64,000 bases of DNA from Lytechinus pictus (Eukaryota). Each line of letters begins with the position of its first letter. Positions within the stretch are counted from its first letter, which is position 1. A model generated the notes under the pieces. That model did not search any database, had not been told where the DNA came from, and saw only the letters and a program-made list of their open reading frames with translations. The position numbers and the translations under genes are program-made. The stretch spans positions 34,474,001 through 34,538,000 of the forward strand of contig NC_087251.1 of NCBI RefSeq assembly GCF_037042905.1. Reading direction: 5' to 3'. Below are positions 13,900 through 28,379 of the stretch, piece by piece.

Positions 13900-16888
13900 T
13901 ATGCATTATACCCCATACTGGCATTTTATCAATACATGTATGTGCATCTACAAGTAATGTGTAAAAGTGTATGGTGCAAACATGTATTCTCTATGAGCAA
14001 TGTCAAATTTTGCTGCGCTACAAACAATGACAAAGTTCATTTTTCTGTCTTCAAGATTTTTTACCCTTCCTAGACTTTCCAGAAAAGTAAAAAAATCAGA
14101 TATTTACAGGCCCATTTTGTCCTTTATTCATCAAGATCTACAATGCTTAAGTTTCTATTTGTAGTACTTGATATAACAAACCCGCATACTTTATCAAGAT
14201 TACATAAAATGCTGAAATTAGACAAAAAATCTCCCTTTCCCACTCAAACTTGTCAAATTAAAGGAAAGCACCCATGATTCATTCCTGGAATTAGGAATAA
14301 TTTGACACCTTCGTATTCCTCCCATGGTAATGAGCAACACATCAAGAGTTGTTAAGACTTAATCTTGTGGATACAATTAAAGGATATGTCCATGTGATCG
14401 CTTGTGATCCACAGGATCACTGATGATTTCCCGTTTTATCCAGTTTATCTTGTCCAGGTAGGTGTGAAATGAAACACGTAATGATGCAGCATCCATTTTT
14501 AACAACCAGATTTTTGCGAGATATACTATTTTTAGAGAGGAGGAGGAATAGGGAATCTGAATTTTCTATTCTACAGTGAAAAACAGACAACTTAATCATT
14601 TTGGTGGAGGGTTATGTGTTTGTGTTTTAAATTTTGAAATAAACAGTGTCCTTAAGATTGTTGATCATATTGTGTATAGTGTACTTTGTTTTGTTACCAT
14701 TTTTATTTGGTAGTTATTATTCTAAATTAATGCTGAATTCTTTTTAATATTTGAATGGCAATTGCTAAATAAAATTAGATAGATACAGATAAAAACTCTT
14801 TCATAGATTATAACGAATGTCCTCCACAGAACATACATTTCTATCATATGAGAGGGGCAGAGATGCACTGATTCTCTCTGGAATTATGCCCATGATTTTA
14901 ATCCCTGTGAAAAATTCTGTGTCTTTGTAATGATTAATGGATGATGCGGGGTCATGGATCAACTCCTGTGTGTCCAAGTGGTCATCAGTCGGCCAATGTA
15001 TCGATTCCCACTGGCTCCTAGACCTACATTATGAAAAGGGTCAAAGATGGGGAAGGGGTCGCGAAAAGTCTGAGGTATCATTCTTATCAATGAATCAGAA
15101 ATGGGAAAGGCTTGTATTGCTCCGAGCACTTTGAGCATGCAGTTATGTGGCAGGGGTGGGGAGAAAGGTTATTTGAGAGTATGGATGGCCAATCGATAAG
15201 TTATTCTTGAGGGGTGGTAAGCGGGGCGAGGAAATGTGTGCATCTTGCACGTTCCGTCGTTATTGTGTGATGCAAGCTCATGTAGCCAAACACCAAAGGG
15301 GAAATCTCCTGGGATTAATGGGACTTGGTTATCAGCATTTCTTTTCTTTATCCCGGTTCCTATAACTGCGGTGAAGATGGTCTTAGCCATACCTGCTAAA
15401 TTCAACTAACCTCGTTGAGGACTCTTGAATTATGCAAACCCTCTATAGATTTTTCATGAAGGGATACTGTGTCTTGGCACCCTATACAATTATTATTTGA
15501 TCTTAATTTCCCAGGAGGGTTCATGGAGGTCTTTAGGAGCTGAATATTGTTTCGATATTTTTCAACTTCCTCAGATCTTCTCACAGTATCATCGGAAAGT
15601 CTTTACCCTTTGAAATTGAAGAGCATCTGTTGTGAGATATTTTGACTTTGTTCTTTACTATGAAAGACAAACACAATCGCGGTTTTGATAACAGATACAG
15701 GATAGGACACTGGCATAGTGAGGCAAACAAAATTTAGGATGCCTAACATGGCATGAGCGAGCAATCTTTTTAAAAAGTCGCAAGTGACCCCAAATCATGG
15801 CCTGTTTAAAATGAAAATGTAATTTTATGGTCAATATATTTTGACATAATACTACACAGATGATGTTGTATTTCATCAGTTTCTTTTTGTCCTTTTTATC
15901 TTTATTTTCTCGGTTGTGGAACTATCTTTTTTTTTCTTGGGGGGGGGTGGAGCTGACAAGCCCCCTCCATCTGTAGATCAGTGGGATAGTACCCTGTTTA
16001 ATTATCATTTACATATCTTTGATTTGTTTTTCAGTAGCAGTTAGCTTCCTATTATACTTGTAGGTTTGAAACATAACAGATTTTTCCTTTCTGAGGAAAA
16101 ACACCCATCTCCTCTCGCCTCCTTCCTCCCCCAGCTTTTGTCTGTTTCTCGTTCATCCCGTTTATTGGCTGCCAGTGATGTAGATAGTATGTGTACTGAT
16201 GGGCAATTCAGTCATCAGCCCACGAGGGATTCACAGGAGAGCAAAAACACTTCATGAAGCGAAGATCGTAGATCGAGGAGGAGAAGAAAAAAAACAGATC
16301 CAAAGCCAATACGTCTTCTTCTTCATTATCCCCCAGAGAATGTTTGTTCTTGCGCAAAATGCAACAAGTAAGGTATCATCAAACACGTCACCTCCGGCAA
16401 TGTCTCCTTCTATTCCCTGTCCATCTGCCACTTCTTCTCTTATGGTTGTTTTGTCGTTCTCTTCTTGCCTTTCATTTGTAAGTATCGGAGGCACCGTAGA
16501 ATCCTGTACAGGTATGGTTACTGTGATGTGATAATGGAGAAGGGAGTCTGGGACCCAATGCTTCACAATCAAATGTGTGAGTCTCCGTCACTGCTGTTGC
16601 TGTGAAATGGCACCTCAAAGATTATAGCAAACCTTGAAATATGAGTTTCATTTGAAAGACATACAATTCTCAGCAAATATCTATATTCCTAATAAGAATT
16701 AAAGTTATAATTATGATTCAGGGTATTATTGTATGATCCTATTATATTTTTGAGCAGTTTTTATAACAGTCATTGAGTTTTGAAAATAATGTACATGTCT
16801 TTATGAAATATTTGTGAGAACCCAATGTACTTAATATTTATTTTCCCACTAGATTATGATTTTAAGCTGTCTGTAATTGCTTTCTCTA

Positions 16889-17166
16889 CACTGTAAAAAA
16901 AAACTGATTTTACAGAAAAAAGAAGATTTTGCAGAAAGCAATAACAGAATCATTCTGTAAATTCATAAAACAGGAATTTTCTGCAATTTAACAGAACAGG
17001 TCTGTTTAAAAAGGGAAAAAGGGTGTTTTATTTAAGGAAATTAGTAAGATTCCATACACCAAATGCCAATTTCCTGTAAGATTACGCAATCTGGTAAGAT
17101 TACAGGTGTTCTCGAGACTCTGCTGCAGGAACTTCTTTTATTTTAAGGATAAATTTTCCAACAGTG
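16889..17166. mobile_element. CACTA/EnSpm-type non-autonomous element
   Basis: TA|CACTGTAAAAA ... TTTTCCAACAGTG|TA: CACT...AGTG termini with 2-bp TA flanks. Confidence 0.7.
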
Positions 17167-17342
17167 TAGCCCACTCTTTATTCCTAAAAACTATCACATG
17201 TAGGATAGTATGTCATATGTAGTTGAAGTTTGATTTAGTTAACCCCACACAGTGGCAGCTGGCGGGAAGGGGGGGGGGGCTTGGAATGTGCCACGAGTGT
17301 CACGTTCAGGGGGTGCAACTAATTCTTGAAAGGTTAATCTCA

Positions 17343-17480
17343 GAGGAATTTCATAAAGAGCTTTTTCTATGATTTTCACTAATTAATTTGTTCTCAGCCA
17401 ATCAGATGCAAAGATTCTTTGTAGCTTATAACATTTGTCAGTGAAAAATGCTGACTATCTTCTTCGTGAAACTCTTCCTT
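17343..17480. mobile_element. small (about 140 bp) MITE family; related copies near 3787-3920, 21355-21510, 47300-47455, 55612-55941
   Basis: Shared core ctcagccaatcagatgcaa(g/a)gattt..gtagcttataaca, with tttcat(g)aa-type terminal inverted motifs. Confidence 0.6.
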
Positions 17481-18131
17481 GATGAACTACCAAAGACACC
17501 ACCAAGGGCAAAAGTTAAAGGAGATGCAATTTTATCACTTCACCTGGGGTCAAATTTTATTAGAAAAATAAAATTCCTTGGAGATCAAATTAGATCGTGA
17601 CTTTGACTAAGATAGTTCTTAAATTTTTTTTGCGTCTAATTACCGTTCCCCTAAACCATGCAATCACTTGGACACACCGAATACCTGGTTGTTACCACAG
17701 GGCAACTCTAGTGATACAATGGTACAGACTCTGATCAGAAAAATATAAATTACAGGAACAACCGTGAGTCAAATTATTCCACTCTACTTCCTCACACCCA
17801 GTTATCAAATCAGTCTTTTTTTTTAAAAAAACATGTAAAAGGGGAACAGATTCACCGGCTTTCTGAAGGAGCGCAATGAATATCTTATGCCTCAAAGACC
17901 CTGACTGTACCTTGAAAATGAAATCCTGTATCCCGACATCCTCCGAGTCAGTGTAGAATTCTAATGAATACTTTCTGTGACGGGGAAACGTAAGACAAGT
18001 CTTTCGAATCAAGAAACGGTGTGTAAGGGAATCCTAATGAATTATTTTGAGAGGACGAACTAAAGAGGGAGTCAGTCAAGTGTTATTGTTGACCGAGATC
18101 CCATGTTTGCATGATTAGTCCCAGGATTTAA

Positions 18132-18714
18132 AGGAGAATGAAACCATTGAAACCAGCTGAATCCATATCAAAGAGAAAAATCAAAGAAACATATTGTTGA
18201 AAGTTTGAGGAAGATTGAATGAATAATAAGAAAGTTATGAGCATTTGAATGTCGAGATCACTAATGCCATGTAGATCCTCCAATTGGCAATGCAACCAAG
18301 ATCTGTGATGTCACACACGTACAACTCCCTCATTACTCTAGTACTTATTTCACTTATATTCTCACTTTTATAGAGTCTATCACAAGGTGAGGTGTTCTCT
18401 TTATGAGAGGATAAGTACAGAGGTTTCACAACATTATATCATTGATGAATCGTTTGTCATATGATTAGAATGAGCAAAAAGAGATGTTTTGGGGTATATT
18501 TTCAGTGTCCAAAAGGGGAGAGTTGTTCATCTGTAACATCATAGATCTTGGTCGCATTGCCAATGGGAGGATCTCCATAGCATTAGTGATCTCGACATTC
18601 AAATGCTCATATCTCTTCTATTGCTATCCTATTTTACTCAAACTTTTGTTGATCTTATTCTTTGATTTTTCTGCTTTCACAAAAGCTAACTTGCTCCAAG
18701 AGTTTCATTCTCCT
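18132..18714. mobile_element. Kolobok/T2-type MITE, 583 bp
   Basis: TTAA TSDs (18128-18131 and 18715-18718), AGGAGAATGAAAC / GTTTCATTCTCCT ends, and long (about 180 bp) imperfect inverted arms. Confidence 0.9.
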
Positions 18715-19063
18715 TTAAGTTGTCCTGTGCACAACTTGAATGCAAATTCACATCTATGGCAATTCATGTTTCATACAAAGGTCTTGCTTAGTATTCCAAA
18801 TTATAGATGGACTGAATTGTTAAATTTGTGAATGTAGTGGAATTCAATATTGTTTAGTTGATTGGAAGATTAAGTTTTAAAAAAATATATATTTTCATGA
18901 AGCTTTGTAACACATGTGTGTAATATAATAATTTAAAAGGAAAGAGATAGAGAGAAAAGGATAGAGAGCAGGGATGAGCAAATATATTGAATTTCTATAG
19001 GAGTGCAATTTAGAAGGGGAATAAGGAGGAAAGGAAGGGATTTAAAAGAAAGGATAAGAGGGA

Positions 19064-19131
19064 ATAATAATAATAATAATAATTAACATCATTTATATAG
19101 CGCTTATCACAAAGAATGTCTCTAAGCGCTA
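19064..19131 (-). mobile_element. short 3' tail of an L2-type LINE/SINE
   Basis: Reverse complement reads agcgcttagagaca...taagcgctatataaatgatg..(tta)n, the same tail motif as the SINE at 9432. Confidence 0.65.
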
Positions 19132-22100
19132 AAGGAAAATACATAGGAAGACAAGAAATTTCAGCTAAAATCAAATTATACATGTTAACAGTTGAAAAGA
19201 GAGATAAGAGATGCCTCACTTATCTTCTTTCTCTAAACTATCAATGGACAAATCGTTGATGTTCAACCAAATCATCGTATCTCTCAATTTTGGTTAAAAA
19301 AAAAAATTGTCTTTTATAATTTTGCAGATTATGACGGTACAAGTCCTATACTATACATACTTAAAATTTCTAGACAGCAATTTTATTTTAGTTTTTGAGA
19401 TATGTTGGGATTTTCACATCGATGCCATACGATTTTTTTTATAAATGCGCAAATCCTGTTGGAAACGTGTACTATAGCAAACCGTCATATGTGCACTGCA
19501 TTGACTTTGCATGTGAAAAAGCGATACAACGTTTTGCTTGATTGTGCGCATTGAATCACGGTCAGGGTTGTTGTGTCCCCTCTGGCAGTTTTGTATAGGG
19601 AAAATGTAAACCACACAAACCGAAAATACAAGCATATAGCTCTTTTTGCGATATTTTGTCTGATTCTTGGTTTTGTGTAAAAATAAGGATACCATTGTCA
19701 AGCAACCATCTTGGTCTTTCCAACCATATATTTTTCCAATAACGAAAATGTTGTAAGTCTTGGAACTGAGGTGGCGACCCTAGGAGAATTAAACATTACT
19801 ATACATAATATTATCGTCATTTATCAATAAACATGTATGCTGTTCTGTTTTCATCTTAAGAATGGAGGTTGGCTTGAACAATTAAAAAATAATTAAACTT
19901 CATTTTTATTTTTTGCTAGGTCAAGTTATGGAGACTTGTGAAATATTTATTTTTACCAAGGACATTTGAAAAGATGATATGCTAGGAGATTTGCAATTAT
20001 TACTTCCCTTAAAAAAAAACTATATTGAAGCTATTGTACTATTTGCTACAAGATGTGACTTATTTGAAATTTAGTTGTATCCTAAAAGCACAGTGCATCT
20101 TCATTAAGGGATTGAAAAGAACAGTCAAGGCCATACTGCATTCATTCATTCATAAATACCATATATGTTGTGATGAGATCTTAATATCACAAAGGAAAAG
20201 TACATTTTAATCATGTGCATAGAATTGTATAGAAGCAATGCCAAATCCTTATCATGCCAAATCTATGAAAAGTACATTTACCTAATGTGTTTTACCACTG
20301 TTTTGACCACTGCGCAATGCGGAATTCATTTCTACCTCTCCAATCATTGTGATCATTTTTAGATTCACTGGAGAGCAGTGACATTTTCAAGATATTGATT
20401 CAATCCTTGGGAGTGGTAAGAAGCAATATTTGGAAGACATTATGAACAATAGAGGAGATAGCAGCTTATCCTGGGGGACTTTGTTATAGGAATCCATTTA
20501 CTAGATTAATGAGCCGCTTAAGATCAGAGGGGAGTCAACCAATTAATTTCTCAAATGCTGACATTTGGTTGCCTCATTGTCATCAAGTGGGAAAATCTAT
20601 ATGAGTAATCAGTTTCAATATCAGCAGAAAAAGAGTATATATTGAAACACACTTTGATTACACAAATAAATTATAGATATGAAGTACAATAATATCTATA
20701 TATCATATTACATTTTCTTTGTACAGAGCAACAATAAAAATTATACATAAAAAGAATGAGGAAGAATGAAGTGTAAATAAATCTGAGATAGTGTGTAAAT
20801 AGTTTTTTAATCAGTCATAAAATCTCTGTCCTGAAATCACTATTCACGCTCAATAAAAATGGAAATATAGCTGCCACAACACTGAATCTCTTTTGATTTC
20901 ATACTTAGTTGGGATTTGGACACAATATATCTTGGACACTTGATGAGCTAGTCATTTCAATGAAGGAGAGAGAGAAAAAAGAAGATTTTGCTTATGAATT
21001 TGAAACGCAAGGCCTTGCCACCCTGCGATGATGATACCCATTTTGAATTGCTGAGAGAGAAAGATTCTTTCCAGGAAGCATGAATGCCTGAAGATATTGT
21101 CTTCACCGTTTTCAATATCTTGACTAGTGTGTCAGAGGAATCATGGAATTCATGCTTTACCGTGGTAACGGGAGCTTACTAGCATTTCATCCATTACCTT
21201 CAGGAAACATACTCGAAATGTGATGGGGAGGAAATCAGAGGAAATCATGCCTACACATTGTAGAAATTCATTATATTCAACAAGAATAAAGCATTGTAAG
21301 TGATTAAAGATTTTTGTTTTTGGAAAAATTAGAAAATTTACTTCTTATATCAGAGGCCAGTTTCATGAAGACTTGCAACTATTGTAATTTTGCCTTTATG
21401 GTAAGTACCTTGGAAACTTTGATTTTGATTGGCTGCTGACTCCTGTTACCATGGTATTTATAATAGTGGCAAAGTTACCATAATCAAAATCCTTTATGAA
21501 AGGGGTCCCTGCTTTAAAAGCTAAGAGTATTGAGAAATTGGTCTCATCAACAGACATACTCTGCATGTTATTTTGTTTTCATCTCGAAAAAAAGTCTTTG
21601 AAAAATCTTTGACATTTAGAGTGTAGGATCAACATTACAAAATAATACAGTAATCTTTTTTTATCCAATGAATTTGGTCACTTGGGTTGTAATCCGTATA
21701 CTGTATGCGCCCTCCCTTCCCCCCTCTCCATGCATGAACATGGCGTATTATGTTCTGGATAATCGCATTAGAGCAGATGATATTACTCTTGATCGAAAGT
21801 CAGGTCAAGAGCTAGAATGTTGTGTTCAGAATTGTGAGTACTTGAGAGAGTTGGCCTGAAGTACAGAATGCCATGTTTTTCCAGATCAGTTTAAAAAAAA
21901 ATAGGCCAATGCATGCATAAGCATGTGATTGTACTACAAACTTTAAGCTCCTGTTTTTGTAATTTTTTTTTTGTCAGAATGGGAATGGAGATACTGGTAC
22001 CCACAGTGATTCCTGTTCAAGAGTATGATTTAATTGGAACTCAGAGATGCAAATCTTCTACCCCTTCCCCCCAAAAAAGTATTCTTAGAAGGAATAAATT

Positions 22101-22216
22101 ATTGTTTTTTTAAAGAGAGATTAAAAAAAATATTTCATCATCATTATCCCAGCCCTGTAGCTGTTGCATGACTCGTAAAAAAAGACAGAGTATGGGCTAG
22201 AGTTATCTATGCATCA

Positions 22217-22455
22217 GGGGCCCGTTTTAAAAAGAGTTGCGATTGATCTGATCAATCGCAACTATGGACGGCCAGCAACATCAACATCTATTATGCATAT
22301 TTGTTCAAAATATTTTCTAACTATGATTTATATTCATGCATTCATTGTTTTCTTGAAAATTCACTGTGCTTCTCTTTGTTTAACAAGGACATTGTGCAAA
22401 TTTCCTGTAGAAAAAATTATGACACTGATGGATTTCCATAGAGTTACGATTGATA
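22217..22455. mobile_element. truncated GGGCCC-ended (Harbinger-type) MITE
   Basis: Starts ggggcccgttttaaaaagagttgcgattgatc..atcaatcgcaactatgga; partial inverted copy tccatagagttacgattgat at the right end. Confidence 0.5.
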
Positions 22456-23717
22456 TGAAGATAAAAAATGGAGAACCAGACTTATTCATAGCCAACAGAA
22501 AATAAGAAAAGAAAAAAAAGTGCCCCCAAAAAGAACAGCTTATTTCTTGCAAAAAAGGGTAATAGCTTTTTAAGAAATGGTTGGGTACATATCAAGTATG
22601 GACAAATAAGTAAGCGCAGATATATTTGTTGTTTTCATATGCAAAAGGCCAAATCAATTTGGGAAAACTGATTAAGAGCATATTGCTTTTCTTATTGGTT
22701 GAGTGAAATGAATAGATTAGGGATTTTGTGTATTAAATCAGGGGTGTGACTATTTACCTTCTTCTTGTATATATGATATTACAAACTAGCTGTGACATAT
22801 TGAAAGATATTGCGACTCTAACATAGATTATGTTTTCTTAGTTAGCATTTATCTTTTTTCTCTCTGTTAGAAAATATTATAAGGAAGCAAATTAAAATTT
22901 GAAAAAATTCCCAATCACGAAATAAATAAGTTTTGATCTATTTGGAACGATGTCAAGTAATTTCTAGATATCTTTCTACTTGAAATGATATCTGCAACTT
23001 AGTATCTGATAAGATTTATAGGAAATCATAGCAGGTGAAAACCAACTTTAGAGGCATCATTTAGCAATTTCAAATGATAGAAATGAACAGCAACTTTTCA
23101 TAAACAAAATGTGTATTCACTGTAATAAAGAGTAGAATTGAACTCTACATGATTTTTATGTGCTCTCTTGTAGAAGAATTGGTATTATGAAAAGGTGTTG
23201 GAGCGTATAATGTGGATTTCTCTTTCATGGTATTGTGCAAGCCAAGTCGAAGGGAATAATTCTCAATTGAGAGGAAATCCTTAGAGTACTTCGGGATAGG
23301 AGTAGGGAGGATGCCAGAATTTGTTTCACCAATTTATTCAATGTGATGGCACTGTAGCGTAAAGAAGTAGGGACTGTACTTTATATCAGTTTTTAAAGCT
23401 TTTGAATGTAATAATGCCATCAAAGCTTAATATATCAATTAATCAGATTAATGTGTTCTTATGTTCATCTTGATAGGTTTACAAGTGAACTATTATTAGA
23501 TTATCTTGCAAGAAAAGATGCTCAAGAAAGTTAGTGGCAGTTAAATCTTTATTTGTAATAATTATGCGATAATTCATTGGCGATGCACTTTCAACACTTT
23601 GAAAGTCTGGCTTGAATTGATATAGAGATAAAGAAGGAAGGAAATGATTGGCAGAAAAAAGTTGTATATGTGATAAATTCTAAAGAGACCAGCAAATTGA
23701 AAAAAAAAACAATTTAA

Positions 23718-24658
23718 GGACGTTCCACAGTTATGTTTGTGCGCATTATGATCTGCGCATAGTTTACACTCCGCGCACTGACGTCACAATGGATGAACAG
23801 GTGATTAATTAGCTGCGGGTATGAGCTGATTTTTCTCATCTTCTGCACTTTAACTGCAGATCCGATGCGTTATTTTATGAAGCTAACAAATGGAATTGTT
23901 CCATGGACCATTCAAAAAAAATTCTCTACAATTTCAAAATACTTTACTCTGCAGTGCTGCCAAGAATCACAAATATTACCCCAAGTTTGAATAAATGGTA
24001 GAGTGGTTTTGACTTTTTCTTCACATAGATACAAAGCATTCGGCGCATTTTCGGTGTTTTAAAAGGCACATTTGCTCTAATAAAATTGCTAATAATTAAA
24101 AAACAAGCACATGAACCCCTATTTTTTAATGTTTGTACCTCTTAGATATACCTTCCTCTACAACTCTGCAAATTTTGGTGAAAATGACATGGATTTTGAA
24201 TAAAGTGCAGCATTTATTGTACTTTTGTAGTTTGTTACTGAAATTTCACATTTCTTAGTTTGGGATTTTTTTTATCTTTTACACCATTTTTAAGAATTGA
24301 CAGTGCTGTTAAACTTAAAATTGCAAACAAATAGCACTATAAATATATTCTCCATTCTAACGATATAATTATTATTACAATTCTCTTGCGAAATTTGATT
24401 ACTTTTTCACGTATTTTGACTGAGTAATAGAGATTTAAACTCATTGTAGTAATCTTGGGCGGTCTAAAAATGCCAAATTCTTTTGAATACGCAATTCTTA
24501 AGAACATCAATTTGGGTGAACTTTGAAGCTCTGTAGCAAAAAATCAAGCACATGGACCTATGTTAATTTTTGCATATTTTGAATATTAAGGTTCTAAAGT
24601 ATCTATGTGCAAAGTTTGGTGAAAATGACATGGATTTCACTTTAACTGTGGAACGTCC
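23718..24658. mobile_element. Kolobok-type non-autonomous DNA transposon, 941 bp
   Basis: Perfect 16-bp TIRs GGACGTTCCACAGTTA / TAACTGTGGAACGTCC and TTAA TSDs (23714-23717, 24659-24662). Internal direct repeat caagcacatg...tttggtgaaaatgacatggattt near 24104-24197 and 24545-24637. Confidence 0.92.
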
Positions 24659-26399
24659 TTAAATCTTTGATTATAAATGAGCATTTATACTAAAGAAATG
24701 TAAACTGTCGAGAGCGGGAAAGAGATAATATAAACTTCAACTGGAAGGGTTGTTTATAATTTTTATGTGCATTTCATGTTGTACAGGAATTATAGGAAAA
24801 AATAAACTTTTTGCTGCATTTTGGATTGTTTTGTTTGTACATCTAGCTACATAATACAATTATCATAAATGTCTGTGAAAATTTAATTTTGTTCAACTGG
24901 ACTGGGATTTTAAATCAATTGTGTGAACATTATTTTTTTTTAGTATGATCCATGTGGTATTAAGAGGACAAAATTTAGCTAATATTAATATTCTCCATGA
25001 TATTACATCGAAGACCAAAACAGTGGAATGACAGACAGATAATATTGACATTCCTGCAGTATTGAAGATGTTCTGTTTGTTTCTGTCTGAAAAAGTTTGC
25101 CTTGTATTTTTTTAATTAGCCGATTTCCGATAAATCACTTGAAGAATTTTTTTTTCTCTGGAGGAAGAAGTCTGTTTGATATTTTGCAAAGGTGAAGGGC
25201 ATGAAGTGGAGACAGAGAGGAGTCAAAATTCAATTATAACGCCAGCAGAAAGAAAATAATATACAGTACACTGCAGGAAATCAAGAAGAAATGAATTTAC
25301 GATGTATAATTCCTCGAGGAATTTTAGTTAATAGACACATCCATTTTTTTTCTTTTGCTTTGGAAGAAATTTAACTGGGATTCATAAGATGATGGAATGA
25401 AGCAAGAAGAAGCTGTTACACCTTCAGGTCTATGGACTGTATGCTAGAATATTTAATGTAAAGATTAATTGTATAATTGACTTAGTATTCATACCGCACG
25501 ACAAAAGTAATATAACAATTCATTGATATGTGTATTCTGTAGGCACCATAGGCTTATTATGGGAATCACAGGATTGTTGAAGTTAAAGGGTTAATGTAGT
25601 GTGGCTGTAGAGATGACTTTGTGACGTAAATGACTTTTTCTGAAATGTTTGAAAGTATGCAAGAATATTTCTATGGCATTAACACTCCTCCCTTAAAAGG
25701 TTCTTTAAGACTCACCAACACTTAAATATTGCAAAAACTCCCAAGTCTGTGGAAAAGTCCCTTTAAATTTCTTGTATTTTTAAAGAGAACCTTCTGACTC
25801 GTGGGTATTTCTTCAGAATATTAATATTACAGTAATAATAAGTAAATTGCTTTCACACCAACAAAGTACCTGGTATTTTCTAATCTGGGTAGAATTTTTT
25901 GTATGGGTAAATTTCAGCTACTTTCTGTGATCAGTTGGGTATAAATGCATCATGTGACTTTTATACCACATGACCATTGAGTCACCCTGGGTATACTCCT
26001 CTTTTCCCATTTTTATCACCGTTCATTTTCCAGATCAATCACCTCTATCACTTACCCCGATCACCTACCCAAACCTCATTACCCTACCCCCTTGTCAAAT
26101 ATATTATTTATCAGGGAGAGATACGTTATATGCCTCGCTTGTTACTTGCCATTTCAAATTACTTTTTCCCTATGTCTCGTCGTTTGTCTGTCTTTTTGTT
26201 ACTACACACAATTCCTTTTTCTGCCTCTGCATCTCATCCACATGGCCATGTATTGATGCCCCTTCAGTTCTTACTCATTACACCAAATGTCTTATTTTCA
26301 GGTAGATAAGTAGATTAACTTCTTACACTACTAACATATGTAATACCATCCTGCTACCATAATAACACACAACAGTGTAACATCTGACACTACTACTAT

Positions 26400-27225
26400 C
26401 ATCACATCAAATAACCCTTGCATCACTACCACACCACACTCTCGCTACCATTACTGCCTCTTGCACTCCCCTCATGCACCCCTATTCATCTCCCTGAATC
26501 TTTCCCATTACCCCTCCCATCCACCTTAAACCAACTATCCTCCCTCTCCACCCAATGTACCTCCCATCATCAGTATCATTAACACTACCATGCTTTAGTC
26601 AAACACTGCTGCCTCCTGCTACCTGTTGTGCCCCTCTTCACCTTACCAACTATTTCACATTTCCCATCCATCTTCCTCACACCAATTACCCTCCCTGTTG
26701 ACCTGATGTATCTACCATCATCAATAAACACTGATGCACTATAAGTTACCCCCTCACTACCACCACTGCCTATTTCACCCCACCCCCTCACCTCCCTTGT
26801 ACCCCTCATTGCCTTCCTGAATCTTTTCCATTACCCTAGTTAACCATCTATCTGATGTACCTTTCATCATCAATAACATTGACACTGGCACACTACAATT
26901 ACCCCCTCACTACCTCCACTGCCTCTCCTACCACCTCTTTTACCTACTTCACCATCCTGAATCTCTCCAATTACCCCTCCCAAACATCTTCCTGACACCA
27001 ATTACCATCCCTCTTCACCCCTTGAACCTCCCATCATCACCAACATTATCACCACCATACTATGTTACCCCCTCACTTTCACCACTGCCTCTTGGCACCC
27101 CTTGTTGTACCCACTCCACCATCGTGAATCTCTCCGATTACCCCTCCCAACCATCTCCTCTCACACCGATTATCTTCCCTGTCCACCCATTGTACCTTCC
27201 ATTATCAACAGCATTAACATCAATG
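26400..27225. repeat. degenerate C/T-rich tandem repeat, about five units of 140-170 bp
   Basis: Recurring tgaatct.tcc.attaccc(ctccc) near 26495, 26818, 26958 and 27125, plus recurring ttaccccctcactac and tgtacct motifs. Confidence 0.7.
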
Positions 27226-28379
27226 CAGAAATCAATCTAATTAGTTGGCAATCATCTATTAAACAGTGTTATTTGCTCTAAAAGAGGCAATGGTAAATGC
27301 ATATTTGTATTCTGCTGGCACATCTGTGCATGAGATTGGCAAACACGTACGGCAAATAGCAGTTGATAGGTCTTTCGACCTCCCCGTCATCCGCTAATGT
27401 TGGTTATGCCAACAGGAACACCCAGGGGAAATAATTCAACAGCTTCTTTCAGCAGAAAAGAAGGCTTGGCATGGAAATTTTGACGGTTCCCAAAGCAGTT
27501 TAAAATACCATAAGTGTGGAATAGTATTAAACACCGAATTTAAAAACAAAGAAAGTTCTTGCCTTGCTTTGCCATACTTTTTTTCATCTGATATTTAGCT
27601 CCAAGTGCATTTATCAATAATTCAATTTAAATGTGTTATGATATTTTTATCAGAGGCACACATGAAAATTTGTGCAGTTTACAACATTGTTGGGCTTGGG
27701 GTACTATCTGAAACTATATCTATATCTTTCTCCCTTATTACTTTGTCATTCTGATATTTTTTCCCTCTCATCCTTTTGCTTGTCATTCTCATTTATTTTC
27801 CCCTTCGTCTGTCCTTTCTCTTCCCATTCTAGCTAGGTCTGTGTGACATGATGTCAAACACAAATTAACGATCTTCGAGGCATGATGAAACAGATGTTCC
27901 ATTACACGGATTTTACAGCGACTTATTTACTAAGATAAAAGCTTTTAGCACACTTAATTATCAACAATGTGAACTTTTGTCAGATCAAGACTTGTGATCA
28001 GCAATTACTATGAAAACGAGATAAATGAACTCTCAAATCTTTCTGTTACTTGAACGTAGCTGCCTAATTGGGTAATAATCATTGAGAAGCTATTGTAAGT
28101 AAAAAGGGGGCAATTTATGCTGACATTTAAAAAGCAATTACAAGAAGTTTGAAGATCAATCTATCTTTCACTGGTAACCGATGAATCAACTTGTGTATTT
28201 GATCTTATTTCCACTCAACTTCTAAAGCAGTGCAAGAGTGTGATTGTTTGAAGATATGTCTATATACTGGCAAACTCTCTGCTTCATTTGAATAGGGTCT
28301 GTTGAAACAACAAGTTATTCTCGCATTTTGAATATTTGTGAAGACAATGTTCTCAAGACAAGTTCTGTTTGACGTCATA

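Noticed and set aside
11751..16572. ORFs of 100-110 aa (11751-12201, 16199-16572) as nested genes or extra exons
   Set aside because: No recognisable motifs or convincing paired splice sites. Exons A and B already join in phase with continuous homology.
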